Below are positions 28,144 to 36,908 of a DNA stretch of 64,000 nucleotides, piece after piece. The DNA comes from Bdellovibrionota bacterium. GTDB lineage: Bacteria; Bdellovibrionota_C; UBA2361; JBGSMV01. The position numbers and the translations under genes were made by a program. The notes under the pieces are model-generated. The model was given only the letters and a program-made list of their open reading frames with translations. It did no database searches and was not told where the DNA came from. Location: positions 32,001-96,000 of the forward strand of contig JBGSMV010000040.1 of assembly GCA_041739995.1 (NCBI GenBank), read 5' to 3'. The first letter of the stretch is position 1; each line of letters opens with the position of its first letter.

Positions 28144-29387
28144 CGCTTACTCCTCCTACATCGGTGCAGCAGTTACTTTCGTCGCAGAGCGTTCGCCAAC
28201 GCTGCCGGGAGATTTATAACTTCGTGCGAGACGGTGGCAGTTCCCACTTCTCGCTTGACCTTGAGCGACTGCCAGAAATCGCAGCTACAGTTGCCGATAT
28301 TACCCGCAAGAATTATCCGACGCTTGAGATTCCCTATCACAGCCGTTGGGGGCACTTGTCGCCCAGTCCAGCGGCAAAAGGCTCGGGCGCGACTGATTTT
28401 CTTGCCGCACTTTCAAAAGCATTAAAGCTGTTTGAGGTGAAAGAACGCCTGCGTCGGCAAATTGACTTCGTTACGGTGAGCGTACTACTTGATGCGGGGG
28501 CAGGCCCGGACTGGCGCTTTCGCGACCCTGCTTCTTCCGATACCCAAGCCGTTGGTCGAAGTGAAGGGCTCGCCCTAGCCTCTTGTGCTGCTTTTCTGTC
28601 GGGCGCCTTCAGTTCCGACGCAAACGACCCACTGAGAATTGATGGCACCAAATTGAGACAGCTCTCGCTCGGAGATTTAGAGCAAGTATTTCAGGTAAGC
28701 GCCTCCAACCCACTCGCTGGACTGCCCGGACGCGTGCAGCTTATGAATCGGCTGGGTGAAATTTTGTGCGAGACCTTTCCGAAGGATTCTCGCCCCTCTG
28801 CATTGTTTCAGCATCAGATAGAGGGTTCTTCCAAGCAGGTCCGTGCCAGCGATTTACTTGAGCAAATGCTGATCGGCTACTCTACCCTTTGGCCAAGTAG
28901 ACTTTCGCTTGAAGGCTGGAGCTTAGGGGACACTTGGAGGCATTCCGCCATAACACGTACCGATTCGACTTCAGGCCTAGTCCCGTTCCATAAGCTTTCG
29001 CAGTGGCTCACCTACTCACTGCTAGAGCCTTTTGAGTGGGCTTCTTACAAGATTACTGGTCTAGATGAATTGACCGGCCTCGCAGAGTATCGAAATGGCG
29101 GACTCTTCTTGGACGGCAATGCTCTCGTTGCAAAAGATGCGGCCGCCATGGCACAGAGCTGGAAACCGTCAGACGAGTTTGTTGTTGAATGGCGAGCACT
29201 CACCGTTAGCTTACTCGACGACCTTCGACCTCTAGTGGCAAAGCAGATTGGACTTTCGGACTCGAATTTTCCACTCGCGAAGCTGCTGCAAGGCGGCACA
29301 TGGAGCGCAGGGCGTGCGCTCGCTCTCATCCGCAGCGCTGACGGCAGCCCGCCGCTTCGCATTGAGAGCGACGGGACGGTCTTTTAG
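28140..29387 (+). CDS. URC4/urg3 family protein (DUF1688)
   Basis: IPYHSRW.H, SVLLDAGAG..W, RSEGLALAS, PFHKLSQWLTYSL, LTGLAEYRNGGL, EWRALTV, C-terminal SDGTVF. GTGA coupling to urc1. Confidence 0.92.
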   Translation: MTLTPPTSVQQLLSSQSVRQRCREIYNFVRDGGSSHFSLDLERLPEIAATVADITRKNYPTLEIPYHSRWGHLSPSPAAKGSGATDFLAALSKALKLFEVKERLRRQIDFVTVSVLLDAGAGPDWRFRDPASSDTQAVGRSEGLALASCAAFLSGAFSSDANDPLRIDGTKLRQLSLGDLEQVFQVSASNPLAGLPGRVQLMNRLGEILCETFPKDSRPSALFQHQIEGSSKQVRASDLLEQMLIGYSTLWPSRLSLEGWSLGDTWRHSAITRTDSTSGLVPFHKLSQWLTYSLLEPFEWASYKITGLDELTGLAEYRNGGLFLDGNALVAKDAAAMAQSWKPSDEFVVEWRALTVSLLDDLRPLVAKQIGLSDSNFPLAKLLQGGTWSAGRALALIRSADGSPPLRIESDGTVF

Positions 29388-29388
29388 G

Positions 29389-29529
29389 GAGCCTCTGAAA
29401 AAAAACCATATTTTTACCTCCGTGTTCTTTGTGGTCCTCGTGGTTTAGTTTAAGCCTGCGTCAATTTCTAGAGTTTTTTTGCGCCACTAAGCGCACGAAG
29501 ACCACAAAGAATTAGTTTTTCAAAGGTTC
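29389..29529. mobile_element. MITE-like element (141 bp) with terminal and internal inverted repeats
   Basis: TIRs GAGCCTCTGAAAAA / TTTTTCAAAGGTTC (12/14 match). Internal 18-bp IR at 29425..29442 vs 29494..29511 (17/18). Confidence 0.55.
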
Positions 29530-29669
29530 TTTCGTTTATCCATAATATAGGGGTTTGTTGGCAGTACGGCTTGAGCTATCAGTCAAACTACGAGTTGCGA
29601 TCTCGCCCACTTGCAGCTTTGATCGTAGGCAACAGCCACTAATACGATTAGTGAGTCCTTAGGAAATAT

Positions 29670-30302
29670 ATGCAAAAATCAGTGCACGTCTTCGAACATC
29701 CACTTATTCGCCACAAGCTCACTAAACTGAGAAGCGTCGATACCCCTCCTAGTGATTTTCGAAGACTGGTCAAAGAAATCAGCCTGCTGCTTGTGTACGA
29801 AACTACTAGAGATCTTCCGGTTCAAGACATCGAAGTACAGACTCCGCTTGAGAAAACGCGCGGATATCACTTCGAAGGTGAGAAGCTTATCTTTGTCCCG
29901 ATTCTGAGAGCCGGGCTCGGCATTCTGGAAGGCATGTCAGAAGTTATTCCTTCAGCGCGCATTGGCCATATCGGAATTTACAGAGAGCCTAAGACACTAG
30001 AGAGTGTCGAGTACTACGCCAAGATGCCAGACAATGTTCCCGCGTCTCAGGTCTTTATACTCGACCCAATGCTGGCTACAGGAAATTCTGCAGTTGCGGC
30101 AATTCAGCGCATTAAGGAATTCAACCCTATCTCTGTGAAATTTGTTTGCATTCTCGCTTCACCCGAAGGCATCAAGGCACTGCACGACGAACATCCTGAT
30201 GTGGCGATTTATACCGCCGCAATTGATCGCGGACTTAATGAGAAGGGCTACATTCTCCCGGGACTTGGAGACGCCGGAGACCGGCTGTTTGGCACTAAGT
30301 AA
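29670..30302 (+). CDS. upp: Uracil phosphoribosyltransferase
   Basis: HPLIRHKLT.LR, VPILRAG, DPMLATGNS, YILPGLGDAGDRLFGTK. Confidence 0.97.
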   Translation: MQKSVHVFEHPLIRHKLTKLRSVDTPPSDFRRLVKEISLLLVYETTRDLPVQDIEVQTPLEKTRGYHFEGEKLIFVPILRAGLGILEGMSEVIPSARIGHIGIYREPKTLESVEYYAKMPDNVPASQVFILDPMLATGNSAVAAIQRIKEFNPISVKFVCILASPEGIKALHDEHPDVAIYTAAIDRGLNEKGYILPGLGDAGDRLFGTK

Positions 30303-30329
30303 TTAACGATCACCGCTAAACAAATCGGA

Positions 30330-31622
30330 CTAATCGAGCCAATCCTTCAAATTGGCCCGGAAGGTCATGGTGTGAGTTCTCGGGTCAATCGAAGCCTTAA
30401 GGTGAAGGAGCTGCTTAAGGAGCAGCGCCCCCCTGCCCGTTGGCAGCTCAATGCGGTCATCATCGGTAGCCTGCTCAGCGCAATCCCACCACGCTATGAA
30501 AGCCTGCTGCTCTTGAGCCTGGGGATCTCCAATAACGGATCCTTGAGTTGCTGACGCTACACCATCACTTAGCGGTGAATTGAAGCGAAAGGGCTCAGGC
30601 TGAAACGCACGAATGATTACCTCATCTCCGCTCAGCTCAAATTCAAGCGCAATCTGTCCCGATCGCTCTCCACTCAAAATCTCTAAAAGCCTGCCCTTCA
30701 CCTGCGCGTCGGAATCTCGCAACTCAGTGAGTCGCCGGCCAAAAATGTTATGCCCAAAAATATTTAGATAAAGCTCCTCAAAGGCCATGTGCAGCTTGAA
30801 ATTCAAACGTCCCTTCACCGTATCAGACATTTCTCCCTGCCGTTGCTCTATCTCAACTGCAAGGATGTGGCTGATGAAATAGTCAGCGGCTTGCGGGCTC
30901 ATCACCTTGGCAATAAATCTGCTCTTAATAAGCAGCGCCTCCACAGATTCCTCTGGGAGCGGTGCCATCGAAAACCCGACACGCACCCCAGTGTCACTAT
31001 AATCGATGGTGATACCATCTTTGGGTCCGTATTCAGTCGGTTGCAAAAGGATAACATTCTGGCCCGAAGCTCTAACGATGCTATCTGACTTAGCTCCGAC
31101 CGGCGCCGGTTCAGCGTTTTGAGCAAAGAGGTCTATCAGATCCTGCTCTGTCCTGAGACGAAAATCGACCAGGTCTTCCGGGGAGAGCTCCCTCAGATCG
31201 TAGCGCTCATAGGGCACATGAAAAACTCCGTCTAAAACCTCAAGCGGAAAAGTACGTTTGCGTTGCTCAACTTTCAATATTCCGTCAGCAACCACCAACA
31301 CTTTATCGAAGCCCCGTCTGGAAGAGTCGGACTTCTGGGAAAGATCACAGACCGTTTGATATTCAGAACCACGCGCCCGCTCTCGAACAGTCTGCAGGCA
31401 ATCTATGAGGGTAGTGCTCTCTGCCCCGATGCGGTGGGAAACTGCACCGCCTGCACCATTGACACGCTTCATTATAGTAGGATCAGTGGCCGCCTGAATC
31501 GTAGCGAGCAATTGCTCGGCCAGCTCCGCATCGGAAAGCGTAGGCCGCTCCGAAGGCGAGACTCCATCGGGGGTCGACGGGGACACCGGCTTCGACCTTT
31601 CATCACGACTCAGCGCGCTCAT
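30330..31622 (-). CDS. Hypothetical protein with a divergent C-terminal RsbW-like HATPase domain
   Basis: N-box-like 'MAFEELYLNIFGH' and G2-like 'PTGRGALLLKQL'. N-terminal ~270 aa not recognised. Confidence 0.55.
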   Translation of the reverse strand: MSALSRDERSKPVSPSTPDGVSPSERPTLSDAELAEQLLATIQAATDPTIMKRVNGAGGAVSHRIGAESTTLIDCLQTVRERARGSEYQTVCDLSQKSDSSRRGFDKVLVVADGILKVEQRKRTFPLEVLDGVFHVPYERYDLRELSPEDLVDFRLRTEQDLIDLFAQNAEPAPVGAKSDSIVRASGQNVILLQPTEYGPKDGITIDYSDTGVRVGFSMAPLPEESVEALLIKSRFIAKVMSPQAADYFISHILAVEIEQRQGEMSDTVKGRLNFKLHMAFEELYLNIFGHNIFGRRLTELRDSDAQVKGRLLEILSGERSGQIALEFELSGDEVIIRAFQPEPFRFNSPLSDGVASATQGSVIGDPQAQEQQAFIAWWDCAEQATDDDRIELPTGRGALLLKQLLHLKASIDPRTHTMTFRANLKDWLD

Positions 31623-31807
31623 GCTCGACTGCTCTCACGGTTAAGATCTACGGTGGGCATAGAGCCCACAAACTGCCTCACTGCGCCATTTTGCTCCCGG
31701 ACCTAAATCTAAGCAAAAGCATTCTAATCCACTGAAATTCGGCCTCAAATTCAATGCCTCGGCCGGGATGAGGCTTCCGATTGGAAGAACGGGCAGGAAA
31801 GGAACGC

Positions 31808-32935
31808 CTAAGAAGGAAGACCGAATTCATTCGGAAGATCCGCAAGGGCAACCATTCCACCGACGACTCTCGGCATGTCAGCAAAATCTTCCGCAAAGAA
31901 ACCAGAAGTGCCGAGACCACAAGGAGAAATAGGCTGCGGCAAACAAGCCGCCGCGTGGAATCCGGTAGTGGTCCCAATCGCGCTCTCAAGACTGCCGGTC
32001 AGAGTCACCGGGATGCCTCTCGATTCTGCAAGCGCAGCAACTCGCAACACCTCATCAGGACCCCCGACCCGCTGAGGCTTGAGCACCAACACATCCGCCG
32101 CTGAAAGCCGTAGAATTTCTTGGGCCGCCGCTCGATCTCTACATGGCGCGTCCAGTGCGATGCGGATAGGACTCTTAGGTCTAAGCGTCGCATAGTCCTC
32201 AAGCGAAGCTGCAAGAGGAAGCGGATCTTCTACATACTCAATATTCAACTCGCTGTACCTGTTAAGTAACTCGCTGCATTGATGAGCACCCCAACAACCG
32301 TTCGGATCCAATCGGATTTTCATTGTAGGATATTCACGACGAATCGCCAGGACTCGTTCGAAGTCAGCAACTTCTTCCCCTAATAGCTTCACTTTCACTG
32401 TTTCGATACCGCACGCTTGAGCCGTTCTCGATTTCTCAAGAGCCGCGGCCAGATCCTGTTCTGCCACCAGCGCGTTAATGGGAATGTTCTTAGAATAATC
32501 CGCACGCCCTAACGAGGACAGTACTTGCGCAAGATCTACTCCTTGAGACCGCGCCTGGGCGCTCGCAAAGGCTGAGATCATTCCACAGCGCACTCGTAGT
32601 CCGACGGGACTGAGTGGCTGAATGTTTACGTGTAGATCCACTAGCTCCGCGCTGAGCTTTGCTTCAGGGTCACCGCCGCTTGACCAAGTCTCCGCGAGCA
32701 GGCCCATTTGTCGTTCGACCTCCACTCGATCCAGCTTCTGTCCTGGAGGGAATGCAATCTCACCCAATCCGAGTGTTCCTGACGACAGCGTGGCGCGAAC
32801 AATCGCAAGCTCTCTGACAAAAACTTTTCCCGGCGCCCAATGATAAGGATTTCTGAGTGGCAAAGAAGCCCAATGCAGAGAGTAAGGTCCGATCTGAAAG
32901 TCGCCGCTATTCACCGTCTTAAGAGAACCACTCAT
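31808..32935 (-). CDS. Enolase-superfamily enzyme (MLE subgroup, o-succinylbenzoate-synthase-like)
   Basis: KVK motif, metal ligands RLDPN / VEDP / IALD, second Lys in VLKP, N-terminal GLGEIA. Confidence 0.8.
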   Translation of the reverse strand: MSGSLKTVNSGDFQIGPYSLHWASLPLRNPYHWAPGKVFVRELAIVRATLSSGTLGLGEIAFPPGQKLDRVEVERQMGLLAETWSSGGDPEAKLSAELVDLHVNIQPLSPVGLRVRCGMISAFASAQARSQGVDLAQVLSSLGRADYSKNIPINALVAEQDLAAALEKSRTAQACGIETVKVKLLGEEVADFERVLAIRREYPTMKIRLDPNGCWGAHQCSELLNRYSELNIEYVEDPLPLAASLEDYATLRPKSPIRIALDAPCRDRAAAQEILRLSAADVLVLKPQRVGGPDEVLRVAALAESRGIPVTLTGSLESAIGTTTGFHAAACLPQPISPCGLGTSGFFAEDFADMPRVVGGMVALADLPNEFGLPS

Positions 32936-34706
32936 TCGATGGGGCGCGTTCCCCAAACGGAGGCTGGCCGTCCTGGGCCATACCGTCTCTGGTAATACGT
33001 CGAAGGGCGATACTCCTGATATGGTGCGGCATCTTAGGGCTGTAGGCTATTTGGCGAATACCTTCCTCACGACCTGCCTGGTGCAAGGCCGAGATTGCAA
33101 ACTCCGCCAAGCGCGGAGAAACCGACCCAAATCCTCCATGCAGCACGCGCAAACAGGTAGGAATACCTTCAGAAAAATGGGGAGACGCTGCGGCATACAC
33201 TTCGGCAGCCGCCTCCTGCACCGCAGGCCATTCAGAACGCATTAACTCACAGACTGCTTCGACATGGACAGGATAAAAATGACGAAGATTTTTTTTCAAT
33301 CCAGAGACACACGCGGCGAGACGCCCGGAGTCATGCGGTTCTGTAGTAGCCTCGAGCTCCCCCAGCAACACAGGCACTACGATAGCATCATCGAGTTGCT
33401 GCAGGATTCGTACCCCTACCAAGGGAGCTCGCACTCCGCCTGAGAGCCCCTGCACTCCATTCGAGATGGCGTGTCCGCCAGAAGAGACCTTCGCGGCATC
33501 CATCCAGCGAAGCAAAGGAACGGTAATCTCCGTACCACGCCGATTGGCCTCCACTAAACTTTGAGCGACTCTTTCTCGAAAACTAACATTCTGATGGCCT
33601 AGCGCATCAACCACAAAACCAACACGCCTGGCGCTATACTGAGAGAGCAATGCCCGAACCGCCTCACCACCAAGCGCAAATGCCTCAGGGTAGCGCTGCG
33701 GATCTTGCATACTGTTTCGTGCAGGCACGCTCGCAATTACTTTCTTTAGATACTCACAGGCCAGGGGCTCACCATCACCTGAGGAAACAACCCCAAGGAC
33801 AGCCACGGCTATAGTTCGCACTGCAGAAGTATTTTCTCTTTCCGAAATGGCAATTTTTCCAAAATAATGGACCGCCTCTATCCCTTGTCGAGCTTCGAGC
33901 GCCTGAAACGCTATCGCACAGCGGTCAAGACTAGGCGGGCCGTCGCTCTTCTCGGGGTGAAGGGCTACTTGAGCCAGTAGTCGCCGAATGCGCTTGCCGT
34001 CGACTCCAAGCGCATCAGCCAGACGTATAGAAGCGGACACTCCATCAGGATTCGCACTCCCCGCTATCCCTCCGCGATGGGAAAGAAAGTCCTCAATCAG
34101 CCGCTCGGGACGAACCCCCTGGGCACGAACCGCAGCATGAACGTTCGCTTTCTCTGAAGGTTGCAGCGCATATTCTGCCAGGGCATCAACAGCCAGCGCG
34201 CGAACTGAAGCCGACTTATCCCGAATTGCTGCAGAGGCCAAAGCTCCAATGAGCTCTGCAGCCACGGAAGACGCAGGCACCACTCCCTGCATCGCTGCAT
34301 CTCGGGTGGCTCGGACCATGGCACTTCGAGCCACGTCGTTCGAATTCCCGCGAATGATATTTGCTGAGAATGATGAGGGTCCCAGGCTGGGCAGAACTAC
34401 CTCAGTAAGTTCTTCACTGAGACTACTCGGCACCCCAGGAGGCGCGACAAGTTCCTCTAAGGGGCCATAGAATCCCGCGCCACCTCGCAGCAGCTCCTGC
34501 GTCAACACTCCCCCGCCCTCCTTGCCCAGCGGCCTGGACTCACTTCGGCCGGCAAGATAGGCAAGCGTGCTCGGTTTGAGATCTGCTGCATTTCCACTCT
34601 CGAGCCTAGCTTCATTAAGAAACCTAGTGTTGGCAGACAGCTCACCTTTCGACGGATGAGAGTCACCTTCACGAGAATTCCTGAACTGGAAGAAGTTGGC
34701 GATCAT
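32919..34706 (-). CDS. Hypothetical HEAT/ARM-repeat protein
   Basis: Repeated 'D.S.SVRALAVDAL', 'AVRTIAVAVLG', 'HQNVSFRERVAQSL', 'SEWPAVQEAAAE' units. Confidence 0.65.
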   Translation of the reverse strand: MIANFFQFRNSREGDSHPSKGELSANTRFLNEARLESGNAADLKPSTLAYLAGRSESRPLGKEGGGVLTQELLRGGAGFYGPLEELVAPPGVPSSLSEELTEVVLPSLGPSSFSANIIRGNSNDVARSAMVRATRDAAMQGVVPASSVAAELIGALASAAIRDKSASVRALAVDALAEYALQPSEKANVHAAVRAQGVRPERLIEDFLSHRGGIAGSANPDGVSASIRLADALGVDGKRIRRLLAQVALHPEKSDGPPSLDRCAIAFQALEARQGIEAVHYFGKIAISERENTSAVRTIAVAVLGVVSSGDGEPLACEYLKKVIASVPARNSMQDPQRYPEAFALGGEAVRALLSQYSARRVGFVVDALGHQNVSFRERVAQSLVEANRRGTEITVPLLRWMDAAKVSSGGHAISNGVQGLSGGVRAPLVGVRILQQLDDAIVVPVLLGELEATTEPHDSGRLAACVSGLKKNLRHFYPVHVEAVCELMRSEWPAVQEAAAEVYAAASPHFSEGIPTCLRVLHGGFGSVSPRLAEFAISALHQAGREEGIRQIAYSPKMPHHIRSIALRRITRDGMAQDGQPPFGERAPSNEWFS

Positions 34707-34998
34707 AGCTCGCTCAAGTACCGTCTAAGCATTAGAAGTTCTAATGCGTTGAAATAGAGAGGGAATTAATGATACTTCCGCACGGCGGCGTTTCTCAAGG
34801 GTAGAATCAGGCCACTCCCCAGACCGATCTCCAGAGCACTATTTCACAGTATCTACAGTGGGTTGGGGCTGGGAAAAAGGGCACCAGTGCAACGGCAACT
34901 TACGGCACAAGGCGGTCTGACCCTCTCGTTTGAGCCCTTCGCAAGTTCCCCTTCGCAAGTTCTCTGAGTAATGGGGCTGGGTCTAAAGACAGAGGACA

Positions 34999-36654
34999 CT
35001 ACTCCCGATATTCGTCATCTAGAAAGATCCAGCGGGCCACTTCCAGCCGATGACTATGCAGGGCCAGCGCATACTCCTGCTTACGCACCAGGCTATCCGG
35101 TCCATTCATCACCATTTGAATTTTTCGATCGGGGACATGCTGCACTACCAGAGACATCGCCGCATCGTAGTCGCGGGAATCATAGGGCAGCCCAAGTCGT
35201 CGGTACGTCTCATCAGATGAATCTGCAACCGCCCTCTCCCTAAACATGCGGTCAGTAGCATGCGCGCCGAACCCGGCTCCACGTCCGTCATTATACAAAA
35301 GTACAATGACCCCATAGCCGTGGCGCATAATCATTTTAGCCGAAGCTTTTAACTTATCTCGGTTCTCTACGTCGTTGAGAGGAAAGCGATCGAAAATGGA
35401 CTCACTATGGATGCGTACAATTGGAATTCGAGGCGTCTTAAAAGATTCTCGATACCCGTGCGTGAGCACCACAAAATCTTGTCCCGTTGCAATGTCGTAG
35501 TACGCATGCACTTTGAACCAATAAGGCGAGGTCACAAAACGAACGATTTCGGCATGCTCTGGATTGTCTCTATACTCAGCAAAATTTCGCCGATCCATGC
35601 GAACAAGCATGCGCTGATCGTCAAGCTCCGCAATGTCCTTTATCAACGGTTTCGCGCCGCGCTGAAAGCTCGGAAGATCCACGAGCGCTCTGACCCGATC
35701 ATATTCAGCGCGCGAGACAATCACCTCCCCGTCCACTGGCTTCATGGGTAAGAAGTAACTTGCGCAGTAAATGAATCGATACGCACCTGGCAGAGCATAG
35801 GGATGAAAGACCGTCACCGGCTCTGGTGGGATCGCACTTCGAATCACGGACTCTGAACTTCTCTCAAGCGCATGCCCGCTCTGAGCTTTGGACTTTAGAT
35901 AAGCTAAGTTATAGGGACCCGGATCAAACTCAATCGTCTCAGTCCCATCAATCGACACCCCAAGCGCACGAAGCGCGCTCACCTTATCTGGGTTGTTGGT
36001 CAAAACGCGAAAAGAAGCCTTCACTCCGAGCAAATGGATAATCGAAGCTATGCCCTCATAGTTTCGATAATCCTTCTTGAGACCCATCGCTGCATAGGCT
36101 TCAAAGGTAGAGATTTCATCACGCCCCGCCTGCACCAACATGCGGTCCCGCGCCTTGGCCACGTACCCTACGCCACGACCTTCTTGAATCAGATAGAAAA
36201 GTACCCCGGCTCCCTTCTCGGCAATGCGACGCAAGGCCCCTTCGAGCTGCTTAGAGCAGTCACAATCACAACCACGGAGCGTCTCGCTGGTGACGCACGA
36301 CGAGTGTAGCCGTGTGTAGAGCACTTTCGCGCTATGAATATCTCCGTGAGTCAGGGCAAGAATGTAGCCCTTATGAATGAGGTCCTGAAAAACATAGGCG
36401 TGGAATTTCCCCATGCGCATTTCCAACGAGCAACTCGCGATGAAGAGCGTCGTTCCGTAATGCGGCCGTTGGTTCAAGTCGGGTTCAGTCTGCACTGAGC
36501 CACCACTCGTCATCGAAGCAAGCGCCTCCCGAATAGCAGCTTGAACTTCCAAACCTGAAGATCCCCCTGCCTCAACTCCATTAGCCTTAGATTGCTCGGA
36601 CTCCGTGGCGTTCTCTCTAGAGTCAGCGCTCGCTTTCTTCACCTTCTTTTCCAC
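34999..36654 (-). CDS. Protein with two tandem GTP cyclohydrolase II (RibA)-like domains
   Basis: Domain 1: RLHSSC..x10..CDC, QEGRG, DYRNY, LTNNPDK, YLKSK...GH. Domain 2: RIHSES, NDGRG, DSRDY, VMNGP, with no zinc cysteines. Confidence 0.85.
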   Translation of the reverse strand: MEKKVKKASADSRENATESEQSKANGVEAGGSSGLEVQAAIREALASMTSGGSVQTEPDLNQRPHYGTTLFIASCSLEMRMGKFHAYVFQDLIHKGYILALTHGDIHSAKVLYTRLHSSCVTSETLRGCDCDCSKQLEGALRRIAEKGAGVLFYLIQEGRGVGYVAKARDRMLVQAGRDEISTFEAYAAMGLKKDYRNYEGIASIIHLLGVKASFRVLTNNPDKVSALRALGVSIDGTETIEFDPGPYNLAYLKSKAQSGHALERSSESVIRSAIPPEPVTVFHPYALPGAYRFIYCASYFLPMKPVDGEVIVSRAEYDRVRALVDLPSFQRGAKPLIKDIAELDDQRMLVRMDRRNFAEYRDNPEHAEIVRFVTSPYWFKVHAYYDIATGQDFVVLTHGYRESFKTPRIPIVRIHSESIFDRFPLNDVENRDKLKASAKMIMRHGYGVIVLLYNDGRGAGFGAHATDRMFRERAVADSSDETYRRLGLPYDSRDYDAAMSLVVQHVPDRKIQMVMNGPDSLVRKQEYALALHSHRLEVARWIFLDDEYRE

Positions 36655-36908
36655 CTTCTCGCTCTACTATTCGGTCCAAACGTTTTATCTGAGTCCACCC
36701 TACTCCGAGTGTCGCGACTCCGCAGGAGTGCCCCTGGCCCAACATGCAGAGAACACTCTACCTCCAAATCATTGAAGAACCCAGCCATGCGGTCGCGAGA
36801 ACTCTTGGTGAATCGCATGCGCCGATTGCCGAGACAGCCCCAGCTCCTTCCCGTTGCTCTTAACTAATGGGACTAGAATAGCTCGGCTTGGGGGGAGAGG
36901 TTTGAGGC

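Noticed and set aside
36655..36908. FMN riboswitch upstream of the tandem RibA-like gene
   Set aside because: None of the RFN conserved blocks could be found on the minus strand.
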